Positions 26,696 through 35,808 of a DNA stretch of 64,000 nt are shown here, in pieces. The stretch spans positions 2,127-66,126 of the forward strand of contig CALWDW010000015.1 in NCBI GenBank assembly GCA_944376795.1, given 5' to 3'. Source of the stretch: an uncultured Christensenellaceae bacterium. Its GTDB lineage: Bacteria; Bacillota; Clostridia; Christensenellales; UMGS416. Numbering within the stretch: the first letter of the stretch is position 1; each line of letters starts with the position of its first letter. A program made the translations under genes and the position numbers. Under the pieces are notes generated by a model, which worked only from the letters and a program-made list of their open reading frames with translations, did not search any database and was not told the DNA's origin.

Positions 26696-29002
26696 CTATC
26701 CTCCTCCTCCCAAGGGCAAGAGCCGCGCTGCGCCATCCTGCGCCCGCAGCAGCAAAGCACCCAGGGCATTCGTATTATAGAGCGCCGTCCGCCCCGGCGC
26801 GCTGGGCTGGGCACCGTCCGCCAAAATGCAGGCTGGAATCGCCAATCCCTCCGCGGTTTCCCAGCGGGACGCAGACCAATGGCTGGCTATCATCCCTTGG
26901 GCGCCCTCCAGAAACGCCTCTTCCCCGGTAAGCCGCCACGGATCCAGATAGATCCACCGGCTCCCTCCGCTTTCCAGCAGCAGCGCGTCATGAAGCAGAG
27001 AACCCGGACTCTTGGCCGAAAAAGAAGCAAAGGTAAGCGTATATTCGCCCCAGACAATGGCGTCCCCTTCCTGCTGTACCGTCATGGGAAGCGCCATGCG
27101 CCGGGACAGCGCCTGCAGCTCGCTGGGATAGGCTTCCGCCAGACGGCTGCTGACCGTCACGCTCTCCAATACGGCACAGTCCTGCAGCGTCTCCACCCAT
27201 TCCCGCAGGGTTTCCGGGTCATCCCCCGTGTAGTAGAAGGTTTCCAGTCTGCCGGCTCCCATAGCCTCCAACGCTTCCGCCGCCTGGTACATGGGCGTAT
27301 CGCCTGCCATGGCCCAGCCGTCCTCGCTCCGAAGCACAACAGCGGTCTGCGTCCCGCCGCCAAGGCAGAGCACATCCCCGGAAGAAATTTGGGAAGGCCA
27401 GCCCGGTCCCAGCACCGCAATGGCCGTCACCAGAAACAGTCCCCCCAACGTAACCGCCCGGTAGCGCCGAGATGCCGACAGCAGCCGCGGCGACAGGCTG
27501 GCCATCATGCCTACTGCCAGCACCGCAGCCCAGCCCTCCCGGAGTGCCAGCGTCATGCTGGGGAGCCAGCCTGACAAAAGCGACAGCAATCTTTCGTAAA
27601 ACGCCAGCAACGGTTGCAGCACCGGGAATAGGACGGCAGCCAGCCATGGCAGCAGCAGGATTCCCAGCGCATAAAGCAGCCCCACCACCAGAATCAGCTC
27701 CACCATGGGAATCGCCACAAGATTTGTCAGAAAGGATAGCACGGGGAGGCGGCGAAACGCATACAGCGTCCACGGCCAGGTGCTGCCCATGACAGTCCAG
27801 GTGATCCGCACCGGGCCCGGGCAGCGCAGCCCCCTGCGTTCCCCGCGAAGGGAGCCCAGCAATACAATGGCGCCGCTGGAAGCCATGGACAGCTGAAAGC
27901 CTGTAGAAAACAATTCCAAGGGCGAGAGCGCCGTAAGGATCAGAAAGGCCGCTGCCCAACCTTGGATGGAGCTATAGCCCCGGCGACTGTAGCCCGACAC
28001 ACTGCGCATTCCAAACATGATCACAGCCCGGCCGATGGATGCCTTCCAGCCTGTTAGCACAAGAAAAGCACCCAGCAACAAAAAGCTGAGGATCTGCTTG
28101 TCATTGTAATATACCGCCGCCTTGCCGCGCCGGAGCTTCCGCCAAAGTGCGGGCAACGCCGCGGCTGCCGAGAGCAGGATATCCACGTGCAGGCCTGAAA
28201 CCGCCAGCAGATGGGAGATTCCCAGGCTGGCATAGGTGTCCCGCTGGGTATCCTCCATACTGCTGCTGTCACCCAGCAGCAGGGCCCGGAGCAGCGCCTG
28301 CCCTTCCGCCGGAAAATCATGGCGGAGGGCGGCCGCCACCTGATACCGGATCCGATCCACCCAGGACAGGCTCTGGGCCGGTTGGGCCACCTGTGCTCCC
28401 TCCCAGCCTGCGCTGCCCTCCATGCGGATCCCCTGCACCATGGCGGCAATGCGCCGGTCAAGCCCCAAGGGATAAGGAGAGGCCGCCGGTACGGAGAGCT
28501 CCATGGGCGTCAGCACCACCGCGCCGCGCTGCAAACCACTGCCCTCGGTTTCCTTCACCCACAGACGGATCCGCCCCTCCATGGGCGTGGCCTCTCCCGT
28601 CTCGTCATAGAGGAGCACGTCCTCCAGGATAACCGAATCACTGTCCGGATAAACGAGACTGGCCACCCGTCCCTGGACCATGGCGTGTGTCCCCGCCAGC
28701 GGATCCTCACCGCCGTACCAATCAGGAACCGCCAGGCACATGGTCAGGCAGCCCGTCATGGCCGCGGCCAGAAGGATGGCAGCGGCCTTCCCCCGGCGGT
28801 ACCGCCAGCAGCAGAAGGCCAAAAACAGCAGAACGACGCCAGCGGATCCCAAAAGAACCGCCGCGCCGTCATGACCGATCCATCCGCACCAAAGCCCCGC
28901 GCCCCAAGCCGCCGCCAAGAGCAGCAGCGGATACCGCTCCCACAGGGGAGACGCATCCACGGCCATGCCGCGGGCTGTCTGGGTATCGGATCGGACCGTC
29001 AT
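26696..29002 (-). CDS. comEC: ComEC/Rec2 family DNA internalisation channel protein
   Basis: The start is trimmed to the ATG at 29002, after GGGGGAGG. It has a polytopic competence domain (GISHLLAVSGLHV) followed by a C-terminal region of about 260 aa lacking HxHxDH. Confidence 0.85.
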   Translation of the reverse strand: MTVRSDTQTARGMAVDASPLWERYPLLLLAAAWGAGLWCGWIGHDGAAVLLGSAGVVLLFLAFCCWRYRRGKAAAILLAAAMTGCLTMCLAVPDWYGGEDPLAGTHAMVQGRVASLVYPDSDSVILEDVLLYDETGEATPMEGRIRLWVKETEGSGLQRGAVVLTPMELSVPAASPYPLGLDRRIAAMVQGIRMEGSAGWEGAQVAQPAQSLSWVDRIRYQVAAALRHDFPAEGQALLRALLLGDSSSMEDTQRDTYASLGISHLLAVSGLHVDILLSAAAALPALWRKLRRGKAAVYYNDKQILSFLLLGAFLVLTGWKASIGRAVIMFGMRSVSGYSRRGYSSIQGWAAAFLILTALSPLELFSTGFQLSMASSGAIVLLGSLRGERRGLRCPGPVRITWTVMGSTWPWTLYAFRRLPVLSFLTNLVAIPMVELILVVGLLYALGILLLPWLAAVLFPVLQPLLAFYERLLSLLSGWLPSMTLALREGWAAVLAVGMMASLSPRLLSASRRYRAVTLGGLFLVTAIAVLGPGWPSQISSGDVLCLGGGTQTAVVLRSEDGWAMAGDTPMYQAAEALEAMGAGRLETFYYTGDDPETLREWVETLQDCAVLESVTVSSRLAEAYPSELQALSRRMALPMTVQQEGDAIVWGEYTLTFASFSAKSPGSLLHDALLLESGGSRWIYLDPWRLTGEEAFLEGAQGMIASHWSASRWETAEGLAIPACILADGAQPSAPGRTALYNTNALGALLLRAQDGAARLLPLGGGG

Positions 29003-29036
29003 TGCGCAGCCTCCCCCTGCTTCGATCAAAGATGCC

Positions 29037-29552
29037 CTATTTGCGAAGGGACGCCACCTGGGGCACCCGATGCAGCACCAGGATGAAGGGCTCAGCAATC
29101 ACTACGCCGGCCACTGCCTGCACCAGGTTGAAGGGTACGCCGCCAATCGCCGAAGCATAGCCATAAAGTACCAGTTCATAGAGGAAATACCCCAGCACCA
29201 TCAGGAGGCTGGCCGCCGACATGGCCAGGATGCGGGGAAGCATTTTCCCTGCAAACCGTGCGCACACATATCCCACCAGCAGCCCCATGGCCGCCTTAAT
29301 TATCAGCGTTCCCGGTGCAAAGGTCGCGTACCCGGAAAGCAAATCGGCCAGCGCCGAACCCAGGCCCCCAATCACCGCGCCCCACGGCCCGCCCAAAAGC
29401 CACGCCGAGGCATAGATCATGGCGTCCCCTGGATGGATGTACCCACTGTTCGGTCCCGGAACCTTGATACTGACGAACATGGTCATAGCCGTCACCATAG
29501 CCATCAGCATGGCGGCCAGTACCAGTTTACGCACCGATGGCGTTTTTCGCAT
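29037..29552 (-). CDS. ECF-transporter S-component-like small membrane protein
   Basis: 171 aa with about 5 TM segments. The composition (GDAMIYASAWLLGGPWGAVIGGLGSALADLL) resembles ECF substrate-capture subunits. No A/T module is adjacent. Confidence 0.6.
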   Translation of the reverse strand: MRKTPSVRKLVLAAMLMAMVTAMTMFVSIKVPGPNSGYIHPGDAMIYASAWLLGGPWGAVIGGLGSALADLLSGYATFAPGTLIIKAAMGLLVGYVCARFAGKMLPRILAMSAASLLMVLGYFLYELVLYGYASAIGGVPFNLVQAVAGVVIAEPFILVLHRVPQVASLRK

Positions 29553-29589
29553 ACGACAAACCCTCTTTCCAGGATGGATTCTCTTGCCT

Positions 29590-29619
29590 ATTATAGGCGG
29601 CACAAGGGTATTTTGTCAA
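29590..29619 (-). promoter_or_regulatory. Sigma70-like promoter of the S-component gene
   Basis: On the - strand: TTGACA (29614-29619), an 18-nt spacer, then TATAAT (29590-29595). The leader of about 30 nt is too short for a riboswitch. Confidence 0.5.
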
Positions 29620-29664
29620 TCGGGGCTGTACTTTTGTCCATGCGTCTGGAAAAATCGTCCATAT

Positions 29665-31149
29665 TTAGCCCTGGAAAAGATCTTCCGTAGCATAAACGGG
29701 CTGTGCTGTGTAGCGGATCCGCAGCTTGCGGAGAATCTTCTCATCAGCCTCCCCCAGGATGACCGAGGAGTGGGCCTCGCAGTCGGCCAGCTCGGTGAGC
29801 TTGTCCATGGCCACCTCCACCATCGGGTTGGTGGCAGTGCTGATGGACAGGGCAATCAGCACCTCCTCCAGATTCAGGACCGGGTTTCGATCGGCCAGGG
29901 TGGACGCCTTGAGCTTAAAGATGGGCCCCAGCACAATGGGCGAAAGCAGATGCACATCGTCCGGAATGCCGGTCATATACTTACAGGCGTTAATGATGGT
30001 GGCGGCAGCGGCATTCATAATGTCCGAATTCCGGCCGGTGATAATCTTGCCGTCCCGGAGCTGGAGCGCCATGGCAGGCTGGCCGCTGGCCCGGGACTTC
30101 TCCAGGGCCGGCCCCACCACCGGCAGGTCCTGGGGCCAGATATCCAGTTCCTTGAGAATCAGATGCACGGTCTGGGCCGTCTCCGCATCGCCCCGTCCGC
30201 TGCGGTGGTCGCACTGGGCCTTAAAATACCGGCGGATGACCTCCATTTTGGCGGCCTGGCAGCATGCCTCGTCATCAGTAATGCAGTAACCCGCCATATT
30301 GACCCCCATATCGGTGGGCGATTGATAAACGCCGGCGTCCCCGGTAATCCGCGCCAGTATATTCTTCACAATGGGGAAGGCGGCAATATCCCGGTTATAG
30401 TTTACCGCGCGAACCCCATAGGCCTCCAAATGGAAGGGATCGATCATATTGACATCCCGCAGGTCAGCGGTAGCCGCCTCGTAAGCCAGGTTCACCGGGT
30501 GCTTCAGGGGAAGGTTCCAAATGGGAAAGGTCTCAAACTTGGCGTAGCCCGCCTTGATGCCCCGCTTGGACTCGTGATAGAGCTGCGACAGGCAAGTGGC
30601 CAGCTTACCGCTGCCCGGGCCGGGCGCCGTAATCACCACCAGCGGACGGGTCGTCTCCACATAGGGATTCTTTCCGTAGCCTTCGTCGCTGACGATCGTA
30701 TCCACGTCGGTGGGATAACCTTTTGTATAGGTGTGAATATAGACACGGATCCCCAGCATTTCCAGCTTCTGCTGGAAGACGTCGGCCGAACGCTGCCCTT
30801 GGTACTGGGTAATGACAACGCTCCGCACCAGCAGGCCCCACTCCCGCAGGTGGTCGATGAGCCGCAGTACGTCCCGGTCATAGGTAATGCCGAAATCGGC
30901 GCGGATCTTATTCTTTTCGATGTCGCCGGCACTGATGCAGAATACGATCTCCGCATGATCTTTGAGCTTTTGCAGGATTTTTATCTTGCCATTGACGTCG
31001 AAGCCGGGCAGCACCCTGGCGGCGTGATAATCGTCAAAGAGCTTCCCGCCGAATTCCAGGTAAAGCTTATTCCCAAACTTCTCAATGCGCTCGATAATAT
31101 GCTGGGTTTGCTTCTCCATATACCGCGCCGCGTCAAAGCCAATCTTCAT
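29665..31149 (-). CDS. DUF1846 (UPF0371) family protein
   Basis: The start is trimmed to the ATG at 31149, after GGAGGAAG. MKIGFDAARYMEKQTQHIIERI...LYLEFGGKLFDDYHAARVLPGF matches my recollection of the UPF0371 N-terminus. 494 aa. Confidence 0.8.
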   Translation of the reverse strand: MKIGFDAARYMEKQTQHIIERIEKFGNKLYLEFGGKLFDDYHAARVLPGFDVNGKIKILQKLKDHAEIVFCISAGDIEKNKIRADFGITYDRDVLRLIDHLREWGLLVRSVVITQYQGQRSADVFQQKLEMLGIRVYIHTYTKGYPTDVDTIVSDEGYGKNPYVETTRPLVVITAPGPGSGKLATCLSQLYHESKRGIKAGYAKFETFPIWNLPLKHPVNLAYEAATADLRDVNMIDPFHLEAYGVRAVNYNRDIAAFPIVKNILARITGDAGVYQSPTDMGVNMAGYCITDDEACCQAAKMEVIRRYFKAQCDHRSGRGDAETAQTVHLILKELDIWPQDLPVVGPALEKSRASGQPAMALQLRDGKIITGRNSDIMNAAAATIINACKYMTGIPDDVHLLSPIVLGPIFKLKASTLADRNPVLNLEEVLIALSISTATNPMVEVAMDKLTELADCEAHSSVILGEADEKILRKLRIRYTAQPVYATEDLFQG

Positions 31150-31333
31150 CAAAAGAGCTTCCTCCCCATTCCTGCAATCCGTTTTCACACAGGGGAAATG
31201 ATACCACATCCCGATATAGGTTTCAAATCTTTTTGGGCAGCCCTCAAAATTAGCTTCTTGTCGAGGTTCCCCGGCCAGGCATGCGTCTTCCCGTCCAGGG
31301 CATACACTCCTTTCAGAAAGGAGGCGTATCTTC

Positions 31334-33157
31334 ATGAGCGGGATTGCGGGAATCCTGGAATTTGGGGCCAACCTGGCCCAACAGGTTCCGGTGCTGGAGC
31401 GCATGCTGGGCACTCTCTCTCACCGCGGCGAGGACGGCGCTGGGCTGTGGGCGCAGGACGCCATTGCCATGGGCCACCGCCGCACGGTGGTGCGCGACAA
31501 GGACGGCGGCGTACAGCCCATGGTGATCACCCAAGGCGGCCGCACCTGTTCGGTGGCGTTCGACGGCCGCATCACAGAACCAGAACGGCTTCGGCAGGAC
31601 ATAGGTACCCGGCATTTCACCACACAAAGCGACGCGGAGGTGGTGCTGCGCGCCTACCTTGCCTGGGGCATCGACTGTTTCCGCCGGCTGACCGGCGCCT
31701 TTGCCCTGGCGCTCTGGGACAGCCGGGCCCATACGCTCTATCTGGCCAGAGACCGCTTGGGAATCAAGCCCCTCTTTTTTTGGCAGAGCAAGGAACGCTT
31801 TCTCTTCGGTTCGGAGCCCAAGGCCATCCTGGCCCATCCCCGGCTGTGCGCCGTCCTGGACGAGGAAGGCGCCACCCAGCTCATGGCCCTGGGCCCGGCG
31901 CGGTTGCCAGGCAGCACGCCCCTTTCCGGCATTCAGGAGATACTTCCCGGGCATTACCACGGCGTCAGCCTGCAAAAAAGCTGGCGGCAGTGCTACTGGC
32001 AGTTTACCAGCCTCCCGCATCGTGAAAACCTCATGGAAACCGCACAGCATCTGCGCTTCCTCACCCAGGAAGCCCTCCGCGTGCATCTGGAGCCCGGGAT
32101 GGACATAGGCTGCATGATCTCGGGTGGGTTAGATTCCAGCGTGCTGGCCCTTTTGGCCCAGCGCCGCCTACAGGAAGCAGGGCAGTCCTTGTATACCTAT
32201 GCCGTGGATTACCGGGACAACGCCCAGTATTTTACCCCATCCCACCTGGAACCCAGCCAGGATACGCCTTGGATTGGCCGCATACAGAGCCTACTAGACA
32301 GCCGGCACCAGACGATCACCCTCACCTCGCTGGAGCTTGTCTCCAGCCTGGAGGAAGCCATGCGCCTGCGGGACCTCCCCGGCATGGCTGATATCGACGG
32401 AGCCCTGCTCCTGCTGGCACGCCGCATGCATAATGAGGTCCGCATCGTCCTCTCAGGAGAGTGCGCTGATGAAATGCTGGGGGGCTATCCCTGGTTTGCC
32501 CAGTCTCAAAACCAGGCACTCTTTCCCTGGTCTCAGGACATGGCCCGCCGCACCCAGCTGCTGCAGCCCCGTCTGCGCAGTCGCCTCCCTCTGGAGAGCT
32601 TTGCCCATACCTGCATGATTCAGACGCTCTCCGAGGCCCCCACACTAGAAGAAGACAGCGTGGAAGAAGCCCGCCTCCGTCGGCAGACCTACCTAAATAT
32701 TCGCTGGTTTATGGCCTGTCTCCTGGAACGTTCAGACAGGATGGCACCGGGGATGGAGATCCGCCTGCCTTTTTGCTACGAACCGCTGGTGGAATACATG
32801 TGGAATATTCCCTATGCCATGAAGCGCGCCCGTGGCCATGAAAAGGGCATCCTACGTCTGGCAATGGTAGGAGATCTGCCCGACGACCTGCTCTGGCGTC
32901 AGAAGAGCCCCTTCCCCAAAACCCACCATCCCGATTATGGAGAAACAGTGCGGCAGCAGCTAGCCGCCCTCCTGCGAAAAAAAGAGGCCCCCCTCTGGGA
33001 GCTGGTCGACCGCAAAACCATCCGGGAGTTCTGCAGTCAGCCCCTGGCTACCGGAAAACCCTGGTACGGACAGCTGATGTCCGGGCCGCAGCTGGGCGCC
33101 ATGCTGCTGCAGATGAACGCCTGGCTCGTCGGGTATGACGTGGATATACGGCTTTAA
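31334..33157 (+). CDS. Asparagine synthase (glutamine-hydrolysing)-like protein with Ser at the nucleophile position
   Basis: 607 aa. It has an N-terminal class II (Ntn) glutaminase-like domain and the C-terminal synthetase PP-loop CMISGGLDSS. The N-terminus reads MSGIAG (ATG AGC) where the family has MCG. The RBS is AAAGGAGG. Confidence 0.85.
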   Translation: MSGIAGILEFGANLAQQVPVLERMLGTLSHRGEDGAGLWAQDAIAMGHRRTVVRDKDGGVQPMVITQGGRTCSVAFDGRITEPERLRQDIGTRHFTTQSDAEVVLRAYLAWGIDCFRRLTGAFALALWDSRAHTLYLARDRLGIKPLFFWQSKERFLFGSEPKAILAHPRLCAVLDEEGATQLMALGPARLPGSTPLSGIQEILPGHYHGVSLQKSWRQCYWQFTSLPHRENLMETAQHLRFLTQEALRVHLEPGMDIGCMISGGLDSSVLALLAQRRLQEAGQSLYTYAVDYRDNAQYFTPSHLEPSQDTPWIGRIQSLLDSRHQTITLTSLELVSSLEEAMRLRDLPGMADIDGALLLLARRMHNEVRIVLSGECADEMLGGYPWFAQSQNQALFPWSQDMARRTQLLQPRLRSRLPLESFAHTCMIQTLSEAPTLEEDSVEEARLRRQTYLNIRWFMACLLERSDRMAPGMEIRLPFCYEPLVEYMWNIPYAMKRARGHEKGILRLAMVGDLPDDLLWRQKSPFPKTHHPDYGETVRQQLAALLRKKEAPLWELVDRKTIREFCSQPLATGKPWYGQLMSGPQLGAMLLQMNAWLVGYDVDIRL

Positions 33158-33204
33158 TCCCTTGCAGAGGAGCTGCGCCCCCATGTGGCAAGGCTTCCTA
33201 CACC

Positions 33205-33240
33205 AAAGGACCCGGTGAAAACTCTTCGCCGGGCCCTTTT
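33205..33240 (+). terminator. Terminator after the asnB-like gene
   Basis: AAAGG(A)CCCGG, a loop, then CCGGGCCCTTTT. The stem is imperfect and a T-run follows. Confidence 0.5.
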
Positions 33241-33296
33241 CCGCATCTCGCTCACGCAGTGCTTTTTGTTCCCCGTACCACGCTTTCGGCCTCGCC

Positions 33297-34790
33297 TTAC
33301 GACTGGATAATCCCCGGATTTCTCCAGAGAGGCGCGGTCAAATCCAGCGCGCCGCCCAGCGAATCCACGTAGGCATCCTCGACCAGGAACTGCACCTGGT
33401 TAATATTCTCAATTTCAGTCAGGGTGTTGACGATGGAATACACCATCATCCGTTCGGCCTGCACAGTCAGGCCCTGGCAGGCCTCATAGAACGCTTCACT
33501 GAAGCTGACGTAGGCACAATATCCCGAAACGTATACCCCCAACAGGTCCTCCGTTCCTACTTCAAGCGGGAACGCATAAGTGATTCCAGATGAATCCGTG
33601 CTGCGCGGACCCACCAGGAGCTCCTCCACCCGGGTGCTGGCAAGACGTGCGTCCTCCTGGCTCACGGCCCGCATGACGCCAACCATGGCCGTCCCGTTGC
33701 GGTTAGGAAAGTACAGCTGCACCAGATCCCCAATGTCCCCCTGGAATTGATCCCATCGGAATGTACCGTCTTCGGAGAATACCCGCCCGGGCAATGAGGT
33801 CAGGGGCTGTCCGTCCAGGCTGATCCGAACATAGCTGATATCCGGGATATTGTACATCAGGCTCAGGGTAATGGCACCGCAGAGCAGCCACATACTGGTG
33901 GCGTCCTGCGCCTCTGAACGACTGCCGGCCAGGCTGACATTGACATAGCGCGTCACGCCGTCTTCTGCCGTCTCAATGGTGGGACTGGGGGTCAGAGTCA
34001 TATTCCGCATGACCGAGGAAAGCTGGGCACTGTTTCCCGGCCCCTGCATGAGGGCACGCAGCACCTCCACCGCCGTATTCTCCGCCGTGGTACGCTGGGT
34101 TTGCACCTCCGGCAGAAGATACGCCCCCGACACATCCTTGAAAAACAGGACAAGCGGCGGCGTCATCCGCTGAAGGATGTTGCTGCTGGGCACGTTCTCC
34201 GTGTCCAGCGCCGCCTGGTGCATGAGCCAGAGAACCTCTAGGGACAGAGTCTGTTTCTCCATAGGGCTAACTAAGATGCCCCGTCCGGCTATCGGCTGCC
34301 CTCCCAGGAGCACGGCCACATACTCCACTCCATCAATCTCGGTAATCGTATTCACCAAGGCCAATACCCCCGAAAAGATCTCGGCCTCCGTATAGATCTG
34401 GGGATTGATGTCTATGTCCACAGTCACCAGGCTGCGGCTCTTGGTGATGGAGGTCAGCTTTCCATTGCCCCGAAACACCGCCTCTAGGTCGTTGGAATTC
34501 TCCGGCGCCTCCAGCAAGCGCTCCACGACAGCTTGCGGCATCCACGTATCGTCCGTGCGGCTGATCTCCACCACCTGGCGCACCAGCTGGGTACCCTCCT
34601 TATTGGGATAGTAGAGCACGGATGGGACATTTTGTACCGATACATTCCCCTCCGGGGCCATATCGAGCAGAGGCGTCTCCGACACCGTAGGGGTTGGCGT
34701 AATCTCCGGCTCCTGTGCAGATGGGCTGCATCCCACCACCAGCATGGCCACCGCAAGCAATACGGCCCACAGGCCTCTCCACATGCGCAT
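33297..34790 (-). CDS. Lipoprotein with three GerMN-like domains (GerM family)
   Basis: The start was chosen at the ATG at 34790, 5 nt after GGGAGG. The signal and lipobox are WAVLLAVAMLVVGCS. The repeated GerMN pattern (LYY/LFF/LYF ... L..GP) occurs three times. Confidence 0.75.
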   Translation of the reverse strand: MRMWRGLWAVLLAVAMLVVGCSPSAQEPEITPTPTVSETPLLDMAPEGNVSVQNVPSVLYYPNKEGTQLVRQVVEISRTDDTWMPQAVVERLLEAPENSNDLEAVFRGNGKLTSITKSRSLVTVDIDINPQIYTEAEIFSGVLALVNTITEIDGVEYVAVLLGGQPIAGRGILVSPMEKQTLSLEVLWLMHQAALDTENVPSSNILQRMTPPLVLFFKDVSGAYLLPEVQTQRTTAENTAVEVLRALMQGPGNSAQLSSVMRNMTLTPSPTIETAEDGVTRYVNVSLAGSRSEAQDATSMWLLCGAITLSLMYNIPDISYVRISLDGQPLTSLPGRVFSEDGTFRWDQFQGDIGDLVQLYFPNRNGTAMVGVMRAVSQEDARLASTRVEELLVGPRSTDSSGITYAFPLEVGTEDLLGVYVSGYCAYVSFSEAFYEACQGLTVQAERMMVYSIVNTLTEIENINQVQFLVEDAYVDSLGGALDLTAPLWRNPGIIQS

Positions 34791-34800
34791 GAACGCCTCC

Positions 34801-35808
34801 CTATTCCGCATTATTGAGCAGCAGCTCCAAGGACGCGTAGCTCAGCTTCCAAATGCCATCCTCCCGGAGCAGCCGTAGGGGGATGGCCGTACTGTCCACG
34901 GTGGCCCCCGCCTTATTGCGCAGCTGCACATCCACCATGACGGTGGCGCTCTGCCCATCCACCGAGACGTGCTCGGAATTCACTTTATAGCTGAGTACCT
35001 GGGGATTGCTCAGGGTAAGCTGGGTCACAAAGTTATCCTTGTCCGGGCGGGCAGCATCGGTCTGCGCGTCATACTGGGCGCAGAACTTCTCCACACGTTC
35101 CCAGTTCTTCTCCACCAAAGCTTTGAGCAGCGTATCCATGGTATTGAGGGGATTGAGGATCAAGCTGTCCATCCGGGAAAGGGTGCTGACCAACGTATCG
35201 GCCTCAGGATCCCCCGGTGCAGCAAAGCCCAGCATGGACTGCGTGGGCCGAGTACCTTCTCCCGAATTATCATAATCAATCAGGATCTGCACCCGGCTGT
35301 AACGGCCCAATTCCGTTACAGTATTGACGATGGAGTAGGTGGCTAGCTGCATCATGCGCATCTGCAGCTCCTGCTGGCGCTGGGCCGTCAGCGTCTCATC
35401 GGTCACCGGCAGCACCGGCTCCAAAAACTCCCGGGACAGCGTAATGTACAGATAGTCTCGACTCTCCTCCACCCGGATGATACGGGTGTTGGGATTGATG
35501 ACGCTGATCAGCGCATTGGTAGAAACAGCCGGACCCTTAATCAGCGCGGCCACCAAGGCATCCTCCACGCGCCCTCCCTGAGATACGGCGATCAGACGTG
35601 CTTCCGACGTAAGATAGGCCTCGTCACTGAGACCAAAGTACAGGGTATACTGCTGCTGGGTTTCCCCCGGCGCATCCGGGGAGAGGGGCATATCCTCGTC
35701 CTGCATCGTGGGCACCGGATCGGGAATATTCCCCGGTCCTACGCTGCAGCCCGCCAGCAGTGCCAAAAAGGCTGCCAAAGCCGCCGCCATGATTTTTTTC
35801 CCAATCAT
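34801..35808 (-). CDS. Lipoprotein with a GerMN domain
   Basis: 335 aa. The lipobox is LALLAGCS. The GerMN signature is YTLYFGLSDEAYLTSEARLI...EDALVAALIKGP. The start overlaps the kinase stop (ATGA). Confidence 0.7.
   Translation of the reverse strand: MIGKKIMAAALAAFLALLAGCSVGPGNIPDPVPTMQDEDMPLSPDAPGETQQQYTLYFGLSDEAYLTSEARLIAVSQGGRVEDALVAALIKGPAVSTNALISVINPNTRIIRVEESRDYLYITLSREFLEPVLPVTDETLTAQRQQELQMRMMQLATYSIVNTVTELGRYSRVQILIDYDNSGEGTRPTQSMLGFAAPGDPEADTLVSTLSRMDSLILNPLNTMDTLLKALVEKNWERVEKFCAQYDAQTDAARPDKDNFVTQLTLSNPQVLSYKVNSEHVSVDGQSATVMVDVQLRNKAGATVDSTAIPLRLLREDGIWKLSYASLELLLNNAE

Noticed and set aside
29419-32025. An 868-aa + strand ORF.
   Set aside because: It is antisense to the DUF1846 gene and out of frame with the asnB-like gene. 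It is Gly/Arg/Pro/His-rich, a typical GC-driven shadow ORF.
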